A stretch of 64,000 nucleotides of DNA from an uncultured delta proteobacterium (GTDB lineage Bacteria > Desulfobacterota > Binatia > Binatales > Binataceae), in assembly GCA_963711565.1 (NCBI GenBank), contig CAVQEQ010000003.1, positions 64,001 through 128,000 of the forward strand, given 5' to 3'. The translations under genes and the position numbers were made by a program. Numbering within the stretch: the stretch's first letter is position 1; each line of letters begins with the position of its first letter. Positions 10,771 to 20,874 of the stretch are shown in pieces. A model generated the notes under the pieces. It worked only from the letters and a program-made list of their open reading frames with translations. It had not been told where the DNA came from and did no database searches.

Positions 10771-10810
10771 GTTAGGTGACCTCATCGACTTTTGGCGAGT
10801 TAGCCCTTAC

Positions 10811-11929
10811 TCAGTTGAAGCCGAACGCTCTGGTGGCGTTGTCCCACAGGATCTTCTTCTTGCTCGAATGCGGAATCGATTGTTTGAGTAGTGCGTCGAT
10901 GCCCCATGGGAACGTGCCGTCTGGATGTGGATAGTCAGTGTCCCAGAGAAAGTTGTTGTCGCCTACTATATCGAGGGCGGCTTTCATGGTCGGTTCGTCG
11001 CCGCGGAAGGCCACGAAGAAGTTGCTTTTGAAATACTCAGTCGGGCGCTTGCGCAAATACTCGTGCTCCGAGTTGCCGCTGAAGTCCCAATGCTGTTCCA
11101 TCCGCTGCAGCCAGTACGGAACCCATCCGCCGTCTGCCTCGACCTGGACGACGCGAAGCTTGGGGAACTTTTCGATGACGCCGTACCAAATGAGACCAGC
11201 CATCGCGGCCATCGCCTCGAACGGATGCGACAGGATATGGCCGGTGACGTGAGTGTCCATCCGATCGCCGAAGGACTCGACCGACGCCGAGCCGGAGTCG
11301 TGGGTGGAAATCGGGCGACCGAGCTTTTCGATCTCGGCCCACAGCGGAATGTAGTCGTCGTGGAAGATCGCGCGGCCGCGGACCGGGTTGGGACGCACGT
11401 AAAAGCTGATGGCGCCGTTTTTCGCGGTGCGACCGGCCTCCTTGATCGATTCGCTCACGTCCTGCATTGGCAAAATGGCGGCCCACTTCACGCGGTCCTT
11501 AGTCTTCGAGCAGTAGTCGGCGCTCCAATCGTTGTAAGCGCGGCAGCATGCGGCGAGCAGTTGCGGGTCGCGGAATTCGCGACCCAGCATCTGGCCGGCT
11601 GCCGTCGGATAGACAATCTGGACGTTGACGCCCTGCTCGTCCATGTCGAAGATGCGGCTTTCGGGACTGAAACCGAGCTTGGCCGCGCGCTCGAAACGCT
11701 TCATCGCCTTGCGCACGGCGTCGAGGAAGCCGGGCGCCGCCATCGGGTATTTGCCTTTTTCGCGGGTGAATGGTTCACCTTCGACCAGGAATGTACGACG
11801 GCCGGACTCAGGCGCAATACCCATTTTGGGTGCGGAGACTTTGTATCGTTCGTCGATGTATCGCTCGAATACGTAGTCGGGTTCCATCAAGTGAGTATCT
11901 ACATCGGCGATTTTGAATCCTTCTTTCAT
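10811..11929 (-). CDS. Amidohydrolase family 2 protein
   Basis: DVDTH, RAYNDW, FPKLRVVQVEADGGW, TDYPHPD, ILWDNA. Confidence 0.88.
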   Translation of the reverse strand: MKEGFKIADVDTHLMEPDYVFERYIDERYKVSAPKMGIAPESGRRTFLVEGEPFTREKGKYPMAAPGFLDAVRKAMKRFERAAKLGFSPESRIFDMDEQGVNVQIVYPTAAGQMLGREFRDPQLLAACCRAYNDWSADYCSKTKDRVKWAAILPMQDVSESIKEAGRTAKNGAISFYVRPNPVRGRAIFHDDYIPLWAEIEKLGRPISTHDSGSASVESFGDRMDTHVTGHILSHPFEAMAAMAGLIWYGVIEKFPKLRVVQVEADGGWVPYWLQRMEQHWDFSGNSEHEYLRKRPTEYFKSNFFVAFRGDEPTMKAALDIVGDNNFLWDTDYPHPDGTFPWGIDALLKQSIPHSSKKKILWDNATRAFGFN

Positions 11930-11964
11930 GGTAATACTCCAAATACTACTTGATTAGCTAATTG

Positions 11965-12984
11965 CTAATCGCCGGGGATAATTAGTGCTTTTACTCCGCG
12001 GCGCTCGCGCAGAAGGTCGAAGGCTTCGAGGCCGTGGAAAATAGAATAGCGATGGGTGACCATTGGACGTAAGTCAACGGCGCCGCTCGAGACCATCGCG
12101 ATCGCGCGGCGCCAGGTTTCCGGTGTGCGGATGCGCGAGTTGACGATCGTCACGCCGTGGAAAAAAAGCGAGCGCAACTCGGCGGATTTGAGATCGCGCG
12201 CGGGCCATCCGACTTCGACGAGTTCACCGCCGCGGCGGAGCAGTTCGCGCGGCGAGTCGATTGCACCTGCCGCGTCGAAGACAACGTCGGCGCCATCCGG
12301 CGGGAGCAACGCGCGCACCTGCTCGATCCAATCGCGATCGCCGGCGGAGACGGTGCGAAATCCCATCTTGCGAGCGAGCGCGAGACGATCGGCGTCCACC
12401 GCGAGCCCGGTCATCACTATTGATGTGACGCCAAGAGCGCGCGCGGCCATCGCGATACTGAGACCGATCGGTCCGGGACCTTCGACGACCGCGCTGTCGC
12501 CAGCCTTGAGACACGACTGTTCGACGGCATGAAGACCGGTGCCAAAGGGCTCGAGCAGTGCAGCCTGCTCGATATTCATCGTAGCTGGAACCAGGTGCGC
12601 ATTACCGACAGGCGCGACCGTGAATTCTGCGAAGGCGCCCGAGAGCGTGGTCGGTGATGAGCAAAGATGGAAGCGGCCGGCGCGGCACGGACCGCATCGC
12701 CCGCAATGGCCGAATGGATCGAGCGCGACGCGATCGCCGACTTTGAAGTTGGTCACGCGCGCCCCGACCTCGACAACTTCACCGGCGGGTTCGTGGCCGA
12801 GAATTACCGGGAGGCGGGCGACCATCCGTTCGGCGCCGAGTTCCCAATCCACTATGTGCAGGTCGGAGCCGCAGACGCCGCACGCGCCGACGCGAACGAG
12901 CAGCGTGGATTCGGCGGGCACCGGCACCGGAGCGTCGATCACTTCAGCGCCGGGAGCAGGACGGGTCTTGGCGATCGCCTTAAT
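11965..12984 (-). CDS. Zn-dependent (threonine/sorbitol-type) dehydrogenase; probable ATT start
   Basis: CGSDLH, GHE, CGRCGPC...C, GPGPIG; frame extends to (I)KAIAKTRPAPG behind GGAGG. Confidence 0.85.
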   Translation of the reverse strand: MKAIAKTRPAPGAEVIDAPVPVPAESTLLVRVGACGVCGSDLHIVDWELGAERMVARLPVILGHEPAGEVVEVGARVTNFKVGDRVALDPFGHCGRCGPCRAGRFHLCSSPTTLSGAFAEFTVAPVGNAHLVPATMNIEQAALLEPFGTGLHAVEQSCLKAGDSAVVEGPGPIGLSIAMAARALGVTSIVMTGLAVDADRLALARKMGFRTVSAGDRDWIEQVRALLPPDGADVVFDAAGAIDSPRELLRRGGELVEVGWPARDLKSAELRSLFFHGVTIVNSRIRTPETWRRAIAMVSSGAVDLRPMVTHRYSIFHGLEAFDLLRERRGVKALIIPGD

Positions 12985-13066
12985 TTTGCGGAACCTCCGA
13001 GTACCTTCAATACGACGGCGCGGCGGTGCGCGTCAAAGAGAAGGCGTCGAGAGGAAGTTCTAAAAA

Positions 13067-14400
13067 CTACTCCCAGTGGCGCAGAGGAGCGCCGCGATAA
13101 CGCATGCGCGGACGGATCAGGCGGTTGTCGGCGTATTGCTCGAGCGCATGCGCAATCCATCCGGAGGCGCGGCCGATGGCGAAAATTGCTGCGGGCATCG
13201 CGCGCGGAAACCCGAGCATCCGGACGCATACCGTGAGGTAGAAATCGAGGTTGGGACGCAGGCGTTCGCGCTTCGACACGGCGCCCTCGACTCTCTGCGC
13301 GGTTTCGAAGAGTCGGCGGCCGCGGCGCTTTGCGATTGCCTGCGCGACATGCCGCAACAGCGTGGCGCGCGGATCGCCATCGGGATAAATCGCGTGACCG
13401 AAGCCGGGCGGCAGGCGATGTTCACGGGTAAATGCGGCGAGGCACTCGTCAACGCGCGAGCCGGATTCGAGCTCGGCAAACATCGACTCGATGCGATCGC
13501 ACGCGCCGCCATGAATCGGTCCGCTCAGCGAACACAGCGCGGAAAGCACCGAGGCAAAGAGGTCGGCGCCGGTGCTCGCGATGACGCGGGCGGCGAAGGT
13601 CGAGGCGTTGAGCTCGTGCTCGGCGCACGCGATCAGCACGCGGTCGAGCGCCTCGACTTCCCAGTCCGAAGCTGTCGAGCCGGGGACCCATCCAAGCAAA
13701 CGTCCGGCCATGCCGGGGCTGCCGGGCGCCCTGGAGCGGGCGGCTGCGCGAGCGCAAGCGGGAGCTGGCTGATGATGAGCTTGGCGCGATCGATTCGAGT
13801 ACGCGGCGGCTGGCGGCGATCCCACGCGGCAAGACTGGGCATCGCCGCCGCGAGCCGCAGCAACGGAGGCGCATCGTCGCCGACGGCGGCGAGGGCCTCG
13901 GCCACGGAGGTCGGCATCTGCGCGCCGTGAATTTCGGCCCGGAGCGCGGCGATTTCCTCGGCGACTGGTCGCTCGCCGCTCCACAGCAGGAGGCAGACTT
14001 CCTCGAACGACGCCTGCGCGACGATTTCCTCGATCGGATATCCTCGATAGGCAAGCTTGCCCTCGTTGATCGAACTTACGGCGGACTCGGCGACGATAAC
14101 GCCCGGTGCGCCGTCGTCGATGCTCTTGGGTTGCGCGACTGTAACCCACGTCGATGCCGCTGGGAGGCTGCGTCCGCGGCGACCGCGTTCGGTGGAGACG
14201 ACGCCGCGCAGCGCCTCGATATCGGCGCGTCGATAGAGCGCCTGGCGCCCCACTTTCCGGCGGTAACTTTTCAGCCAGCCGCGGCTGACGTAGGCGTAGA
14301 GCGTACCGAGCTTGACACCGAGCTGATCGGCCGCCTCGCCGGCTGTCATCATGCCCGCGCGTTCGGAATTGGCACGTTCGGGATTGCTAATCGCCACCAT
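13067..14400 (-). pseudogene. HTH (excisionase-like)-citrate synthase fusion with one frameshift near 13710-13760
   Basis: Frame A: AADQLGVKLGTLYAYVSRG, LAYRGYPIEE. Frame B: EHELNASTFAAR, IHGGA, GFGH, PNLDF. Confidence 0.75.
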
Positions 14401-14504
14401 GAGAATCACGCCATGCCCGTGGGGGCCGCGTCAAGTAGTAGCGAGTCAACTTGCGTCCAGATAGGCGCAGTTATATACAGTCAAGCTCACGGGAGGAACA
14501 CTGC

Positions 14505-15299
14505 ATGAGCCCGGCGGAAGTGCGATTCAAGGACTTGCGGGCCGATTTTGGAAAGACGGCCGCCGACTACGGACGTCATCGCGCCGGGTTTCCCGACGAA
14601 TTCTTCGAGCGGCTGGCGGCTGCGGGAATCCTGAGAGCGGGAATGCGCGCGCTCGACCTGGGGACGGGCACCGGCACGATCGCGCGCGGGCTGGCGCTTC
14701 GAGGATGCGAAGTTACCGGGCTCGATCGATCGGAACCGCTGATGAAGCAGGCGGCGGAGATGGATCGCGCAGCGGGCGTAGTAGTGAAGTACGTCAATGC
14801 GGCGGCGGAAGATACGGGAATGCCGGCGGCGGAATTCGATCTCGTGACGGCGGGACAATGCTGGCATTGGTTCGATCGTCCGCGCGCGGCCGCCGAGGCA
14901 AGGCGCGTGTTGAAGCCGGGCGGCAGGCTCGTGATCGCGCATTTCGACTGGATTCCGCTGCCGGGCAACATGGTCGAGGCAACCGAGAAGCTGATTGAGA
15001 AACACAATCCGAAATGGAAGTTCGGCGGCGGACTGGGAATCTATCCTAATTGGCCGCGCGACATGGCGGTCGCAGGTTTCACAAATATCGAAACGTGCTC
15101 GTTCGATCTCGACGCGATCTACTCGCATGAAGCGTGGCGCGGGCGGATTCGCGCGAGCGCGGGAGTGGGCGCGAGCCTTGCGCCGCAAGCAGTCGTGGCC
15201 TTCGACGACGAGTTGCGCGCGATGCTGGCGGAGCGCTGGCCCAAAGATCCGATGCCGGTGCTGCATCGCGTGTTCGCGGCAATCGGCGTCGCACCGTAG
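14505..15299 (+). CDS. Class I SAM-dependent methyltransferase
   Basis: LDLGTGTG, FDLVTAGQCWHWF, RVLKPGG. Confidence 0.9.
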   Translation: MSPAEVRFKDLRADFGKTAADYGRHRAGFPDEFFERLAAAGILRAGMRALDLGTGTGTIARGLALRGCEVTGLDRSEPLMKQAAEMDRAAGVVVKYVNAAAEDTGMPAAEFDLVTAGQCWHWFDRPRAAAEARRVLKPGGRLVIAHFDWIPLPGNMVEATEKLIEKHNPKWKFGGGLGIYPNWPRDMAVAGFTNIETCSFDLDAIYSHEAWRGRIRASAGVGASLAPQAVVAFDDELRAMLAERWPKDPMPVLHRVFAAIGVAP

Positions 15300-15359
15300 C
15301 TCGCTTTGACGAGCGGCGGTGAAGGTCGGCTATAGTCGCGTCCCAGAGAGGGAGTGACT

Positions 15360-16430
15360 ATGGATTTTGGAACACTGATTTTCACCAAGCCGGAGCGCGC
15401 GATTACCGACGTCAAGTACGCCGAGGAGCGCGGCTTCACGCACGCGTGGATTCCCGACTCGCACATGATCTGGGGCGACACCTACGCTTGCATGGCGTTG
15501 GCGGCCGTCAATACGAAGAAGATCAAGCTCGGCACGGGCGTGGCGATCGCGTCGAACAGGATCGCGCCGGTCACGGTCCATTCGATCGCGACGATCAACC
15601 AGCTCGCGCCCGGACGAGTGATACTGGGATTCGGCACGGGGCATACCGGGCGCCGCGTGATGGGATTGCCGCCGGTCAAGCAGGCCGAGTTCCGCGAGCA
15701 GGTGCGCGTGATACGCGATCTGCTCCGCGACGGCGAGGCGATCTACAACACCGAAGGACTGAGCCGGAAAATCAGGTACCTGCATCGCGATCGGCGCTTT
15801 ATCAACCTCGACGACAAGATCCCGCTGTACGTGGCCGCCAACGGGCCCAAGACATTGGCGCTCGCGGGCGAGTTTGGCGACGGCGCGATCACGACGGGAA
15901 TAACCGACGAGGATCGAGTCGGCGCGGTGCGCAAAAGTCTCGAGGCGGGCGCGTCGAAGGTCGGCCGCAGCGCGGACAAGATGCCGATCGTATCGCTCAC
16001 GCACATTTGCGTGCTGAGGCCGGGCGAGAAACTCGATTCGCCGCGGGTGAAGGCGATGACCGGGCACTGGGTGATGGCGAGCTTTCACGCGATCGCGGCG
16101 GGATATGCGCGCGCGGGCTATCTGCCGGAGGCCGTCGCGGAAGTTTACAAGGCGTACGAGGAGTACGTCGCGAAGATGAAGACGCCGCCGGCCGAGCGCT
16201 ACCTCGAGCTGCACATCGGGCATTGCACTTACGTCGCGCCCCTCGAGCAGAAATACGTGACGGCCGACACGATCGCGGCCACGACGATAATCGGGTCGAG
16301 GGAAGAGATCGTCGAGCGGCTGCGCTCGATGGAGCGCGCCGGCCTGTCGCAGGTGTTCATAAATCCGCCGATGGACGGCTACAACGATTGCATCGACGAA
16401 ATATCGCGAGACGTGATCGCGCGCATGTGA
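15360..16430 (+). CDS. LLM-class flavin/F420-dependent oxidoreductase
   Basis: AEERGFTHAWIPDSH, IKLGTGV, PGRVILGFGTG, IPLYVAANGP. Confidence 0.88.
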   Translation: MDFGTLIFTKPERAITDVKYAEERGFTHAWIPDSHMIWGDTYACMALAAVNTKKIKLGTGVAIASNRIAPVTVHSIATINQLAPGRVILGFGTGHTGRRVMGLPPVKQAEFREQVRVIRDLLRDGEAIYNTEGLSRKIRYLHRDRRFINLDDKIPLYVAANGPKTLALAGEFGDGAITTGITDEDRVGAVRKSLEAGASKVGRSADKMPIVSLTHICVLRPGEKLDSPRVKAMTGHWVMASFHAIAAGYARAGYLPEAVAEVYKAYEEYVAKMKTPPAERYLELHIGHCTYVAPLEQKYVTADTIAATTIIGSREEIVERLRSMERAGLSQVFINPPMDGYNDCIDEISRDVIARM

Positions 16431-16438
16431 TTGCGTAG

Positions 16439-17962
16439 CTAGGTCGCGGCGACTTCGGCCAGCGCGATCGGGCCGGCGGCGATCGCGGGAACGTAGTAGG
16501 CCTCGGGCGAGCCCCACACTGTGGCCGGACGCGGGCGCGCTCCAACCGCGAGCGGATGTTCGAAGACCTGCGCGATGTTCGCGTTGATGCGCAAACAGTT
16601 GGGCGCGAGCGGCTCGGCGATTTTGCCGCCGCGAATAATGTACGAATCGCCGGTGACGGTGCAGGTGAAATCTCCCGCGCGCTGGCCGTTGATCGGATAG
16701 GTGTACCAGATTCGGCCGACGTAGATTCCGTCGCCGACAGTGCGCACCAGTTCACGGTCTGCGACTCCGCCGCGTGCGCGCATCACGACGTTGGTCCCCG
16801 CCGAGCCGGGACTCGCGTCGAAGCGCCGCCCGCCGCCTTCGCCGAGCCGGTAGCCACTCAGCGGAGGGAAGTCGAGTTTCGCGGGCGCGCTGGCGCCAAG
16901 TTTCTCGGCGCGATGCTCGTCGGTGAGCAGACGATGAGTATCGTAGAAATTCGAGAGCAAGCCGACGAGCTTACCATCGCGAATCAATTCAACACGGCGC
17001 GTGGGGATTCCTTCACAGGTTATTCGACGACGAATCGCACCCGCGCCAAACGCCGGGTCGTCAGCGAGGCTCAGGCGGGAATCCATCACGGCCGCACCCA
17101 ATCTCGCGTGGTAGGCGGAACTGGCCGCGTGAAACGAGCCCGTGGTCAGCGAGCCCATCACCATGTAGTTGAGAATCTCGGCAATCGGCTGGGGTCCGAG
17201 CACGACGCGGAATTTTCCCGCCGCCGGCCGCGCGCCGTCAGACAGAGCAAGCGCACGGCGGACGGCATCGCGGCCGATCACGCGCGCGGCGCGGCGCATC
17301 GAGGCGGCAGAGTCGCCAATCGCGCCGGCCGTCCCCTTGGCGTCGAGCGATTCGATTATCGAAGTGACGGACGCGTTGAAATGCGCGCTCTCGTCGGTAC
17401 GAACTTCGGCGAAATTTGAATTGAAAATCGCGATTCGATCGCGAATCACCGACACGTCGCCACCGATGATTAGACCGGGATGTTCAGTTCGCCGGTTCGC
17501 GGGCCGTCTCGCGAATGCGGCCAGCGCGCCGTCCAGCACATCCCACGCGGCGGCGGCGATCGCGCCGTCTTCTACTCTCGCCAGATCGCTTTTCTCGGAT
17601 GGGGCGAGCTTACGGTCGAGCGGGACCGCCGGGAAGCCGTTGCAATGCGGATCGACGACGGCGGCGCTGCGTGCGCGGCGGAGCGCGCCGCGGACGGAGT
17701 CTGCGGTGAAATCTCCCGCTTCGAATGCCGCGCCCACTTCGTGCGGATCGCGGCGCATCGCCACCCGCACCTGGAAGCCGTCGGCATGAAGCGACTTGAA
17801 CTCCTCGAGGCCGCGGCTCGGAATGTCGGAGGTGCAGTTGAGGCGCGCGATTCGGTGCTCCGCAGTGGCGCAATAAACTTCGTAGCTCGCGAGGTCGCTC
17901 TCGCGCGCGAGAATGCGCGCCGCCTCTCGCGTGAAGGACTTGAGTTCCGCGAGCGATCGCAT
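16439..17962 (-). CDS. PmbA/TldE-family protein
   Basis: CEGIPTRRVELIRDGKL, TNVVM, GDFT, IIRGGKI; lacks HExxxH; coupled to tldD. Confidence 0.8.
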   Translation of the reverse strand: MRSLAELKSFTREAARILARESDLASYEVYCATAEHRIARLNCTSDIPSRGLEEFKSLHADGFQVRVAMRRDPHEVGAAFEAGDFTADSVRGALRRARSAAVVDPHCNGFPAVPLDRKLAPSEKSDLARVEDGAIAAAAWDVLDGALAAFARRPANRRTEHPGLIIGGDVSVIRDRIAIFNSNFAEVRTDESAHFNASVTSIIESLDAKGTAGAIGDSAASMRRAARVIGRDAVRRALALSDGARPAAGKFRVVLGPQPIAEILNYMVMGSLTTGSFHAASSAYHARLGAAVMDSRLSLADDPAFGAGAIRRRITCEGIPTRRVELIRDGKLVGLLSNFYDTHRLLTDEHRAEKLGASAPAKLDFPPLSGYRLGEGGGRRFDASPGSAGTNVVMRARGGVADRELVRTVGDGIYVGRIWYTYPINGQRAGDFTCTVTGDSYIIRGGKIAEPLAPNCLRINANIAQVFEHPLAVGARPRPATVWGSPEAYYVPAIAAGPIALAEVAAT

Positions 17963-19542
17963 CAGCTGCCCGCCAGCCGCGCGCGCGAGCGCAACGTCGG
18001 CCCGCCGTTGGACATCCGCTTCACCTGCATCGGCTGCCCCTTGCCGCAGGTCGGAATCGCGATCAGCCGCAGATCGTTGCCGACCGCATCGACGTTGGTG
18101 AAGAAGCTCTTCGAGTCAGCGATTACGCTACCCGAGCGATAGAGGCGCCCGATTTGTCCGCGATCGATTTCGTAAACGCGACGCGCCGAGATTCGAAAAT
18201 TCTCGCGCGACTCCGAGATCGACGGAATCTGATGACCACAGACGTAGTAGCCGTGCTCGACATCGGCGATAATTTTTTCGGGCGGAGTTTCACCCGGGAG
18301 GAAGAACGTGTTGGACATTCTGATCAGCGGCACGTGCCATCCTTCGCTCGCACGCGCCGAGCCGTTGGGCTCCGCGCCCAGCACCGCGGCGGTCGCGCGC
18401 GAATTCAAGAAGCCGCCGAAGATGCCGCGCTCGATATGCATCACGCGCCGCCCGCGCGTGCCTTCGTGGTCGTAGCGATAGTGACCGTAGCCGTCGAGGC
18501 TTGGATCCGAGCACGCTGACAGCAGCGGCGATGCGACCAGTTTTCCCAACTGATTGTCCGCGAGCGAGCGCAGAAACCAACTCCGTCCCGCATAAGCAGC
18601 TTCCATCTTGAGCGCGCGATCTGCCTCGCACGGATGGCCGATCACTTCGTGCGAGACGAGCGCGTTGAAATGCGGATCGGTCACAACGACGACTTCCCCC
18701 TCGGGAGCCTTGAGGACGGGAGCGGCGGCAAGCTCGCGCGCCTCGGTGGCAAGGTTGACGCAAAACTTCGCCAGCGACGGATTCGGCATCAGCTCGCCGC
18801 GCCATCCGTCGCTCAAGCATTCGAGTCCGCGTTGCTGTCCAATCGAGTCGTAACTTTCCTGGTGGCCGTCGCCGATTTGCGCGACGACATAGCAGTCGCC
18901 CTGCGAAAACGCGTACGCCTGCGACACGACGGTGCCATTGGTGTCGATGAATATCTCGCGGCGCAACTCGGTCATCGCGGCAATACCCTGGTAGGCGATC
19001 GCATCGCCGAGTGCGGCGACCTCGTGCGACGCATCGAGCGAGATCTTCTTGAGCTCGTCGGTCGAGAGTGAGCGCGGATCGCGGCGAAAGTTCGGTTCAA
19101 CGTCGTCGCAAACCTTATCGCGCGACGGAATCGGCGCGACAAACAGACCTTTTGCAGCGTCACCAAGGTGCGCGATGAGTTCGGCTTTCTTGCGCGCACT
19201 GAAACGCGCGCGATCGTAAGCCTCGTCGAGCCCGCGCCGCAGTTCTGCGACGAGTTTTGCCGGACGCCCCGCGAGCGCGCCAATTTCCGCGCCGGTTTGG
19301 CCGTGTCCGATCGGGCCAGCTCGGTCGGCGACATGAACCGAGACAAAATACGCGGCATTCTCGCTCTCGGAGCCATCGCGCGGCTTGCCATTTACCGCGG
19401 CGCCCGAGCGGTTGAAGACCACCTCGAAGCGAAGATCGGCATACACCACGCCGCGCTTCGAGCGCGCGAAGCGCGCGAGTATGCCCTCGCCTTCTCGGCG
19501 CAGGTACTCGATCGCCTCGAACGGATCGCCGCGTCCTAGCAA
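17962..19542 (-). CDS. tldD: TldD-family metalloprotease (start uncertain; TTG 19542)
   Basis: HEVIGHPCEAD, YDHEG, RMSNT, CGKGQPMQ. Confidence 0.85.
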   Translation of the reverse strand: MLGRGDPFEAIEYLRREGEGILARFARSKRGVVYADLRFEVVFNRSGAAVNGKPRDGSESENAAYFVSVHVADRAGPIGHGQTGAEIGALAGRPAKLVAELRRGLDEAYDRARFSARKKAELIAHLGDAAKGLFVAPIPSRDKVCDDVEPNFRRDPRSLSTDELKKISLDASHEVAALGDAIAYQGIAAMTELRREIFIDTNGTVVSQAYAFSQGDCYVVAQIGDGHQESYDSIGQQRGLECLSDGWRGELMPNPSLAKFCVNLATEARELAAAPVLKAPEGEVVVVTDPHFNALVSHEVIGHPCEADRALKMEAAYAGRSWFLRSLADNQLGKLVASPLLSACSDPSLDGYGHYRYDHEGTRGRRVMHIERGIFGGFLNSRATAAVLGAEPNGSARASEGWHVPLIRMSNTFFLPGETPPEKIIADVEHGYYVCGHQIPSISESRENFRISARRVYEIDRGQIGRLYRSGSVIADSKSFFTNVDAVGNDLRLIAIPTCGKGQPMQVKRMSNGGPTLRSRARLAGS

Positions 19543-19553
19543 GAGAGCCGCAT

Positions 19554-20750
19554 CTAGATGATGCCTTCGCGCTTGAGATCTTCGAGCTGGCCGGCGCCGA
19601 GTCCGAGCAACTCGCCGTAGACGTCGGCGTTGTGCTGGCCCAGTAGCGGCGCGGCGGTCACTTCGACCGGTGAATCTTCGAGTCGTACCGGACATCCCGG
19701 CATCGTGAAGTCGCCGCGCACCGGATGTTTGATCGTGACGATCATGCCGCGCTGCTTAAGATGCGGATCGTTCAACAGCTCGACGCTGTCGAGCACGGCG
19801 CCGCACGGGACGCCGGCCTCGCCAAGGATCCGCATCACCTCGTACTTGGTGTGGCGTCCCGTCCATTCGTTGATCATCGCGGTCAGCGCCTCGACGTTCT
19901 TCGCCCGGTTCCGTCCTACGAACCGTTCGTCGCTCAGGATCTCGGGATGCCCAATCACTTCGCACAGGCTCACGAACATCTCGGGCGAGGTGCACAGGAT
20001 GTAGCAATAATCGTTGTCGCCGCCGGGTGCGCACTTGTAGATGTCGCCCGGACCGCCGCCGCCGACGCGGTTGCCGCTGCGCGGCGTGGGTTTGTGCGTG
20101 ACGTACGTACCCATCATCGGGACGCGCACGAAGTTCAGCACCGCTTCCTGCATCGCGACTTCGACCTTCTGCCCCTTGCCTGTCCGTTCGCGCTGGATAT
20201 ACGCGGCGAGCACGCCGACCGCCGCATGCATCCCGGTGCCGGTGTCGCCGATCGTCGGCCCGGGCTTGAGCGGCGGCGAACCGGGAAAGCCGGTCAACGC
20301 CATCGCGCCGCCCGACGCCTGCGCAATCATGTCGAAGCTTTTGTACTTGCTATACGGGCCGTGCGTGCCGAAGCCCTTGATGGTCAGGTAGATGAGGCGC
20401 GGATTTATTTCGCGCAGGCGATCGTAGCCGAGGCCGAGGCCTTCGAGTGTGCCGAGCGAAAAATTTTCCGTCAGCATATCGACTTGCTTGACCAGGTCGA
20501 TGAACATCGCGCGGCCCTTCTCGCTCTTGAGGTTGAGCGTGATCCCGCGTTTGTTGGCATTGAGCAAAATGAAGTAGTAGGAATCGACGCCCTGCTTCTC
20601 GGTGAGCAGCCAGCGCCCCTGCTCGCCCATTTTCGGCGACTCGACTTTGATAACGTCGGCGCCGAGCCACGCGAGCATCTCTGTGCAAGAGGTGCCCGCC
20701 TCGAACTGCGTCATGTCCAGAACCTTGACCCCGCTCAGCGCCTTTTCCAT
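19554..20750 (-). CDS. CoA transferase family III (CaiB/BaiF, formyl-CoA transferase-like)
   Basis: LSGVKVLDMTQFEAGT, GADVIKVE, NANKRGITLNLK, PLLGQHN. Confidence 0.92.
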   Translation of the reverse strand: MEKALSGVKVLDMTQFEAGTSCTEMLAWLGADVIKVESPKMGEQGRWLLTEKQGVDSYYFILLNANKRGITLNLKSEKGRAMFIDLVKQVDMLTENFSLGTLEGLGLGYDRLREINPRLIYLTIKGFGTHGPYSKYKSFDMIAQASGGAMALTGFPGSPPLKPGPTIGDTGTGMHAAVGVLAAYIQRERTGKGQKVEVAMQEAVLNFVRVPMMGTYVTHKPTPRSGNRVGGGGPGDIYKCAPGGDNDYCYILCTSPEMFVSLCEVIGHPEILSDERFVGRNRAKNVEALTAMINEWTGRHTKYEVMRILGEAGVPCGAVLDSVELLNDPHLKQRGMIVTIKHPVRGDFTMPGCPVRLEDSPVEVTAAPLLGQHNADVYGELLGLGAGQLEDLKREGII

Positions 20751-20874
20751 TACGATTCTCCCTCCGCTTACAGCTACCTGATCTAGCGCCGGCAGCGAAG
20801 CGGCGGCAAGCCTCGAAGCGCGACTGGGGTTAAGTCTTTAATCGCGGTCTGGTAGAGATCATGATGAACAGGCA

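Noticed and set aside
17962-19695. N-terminal extension of TldD overlapping the CoA transferase
   Set aside because: Arg-rich off-frame read-through of the upstream gene
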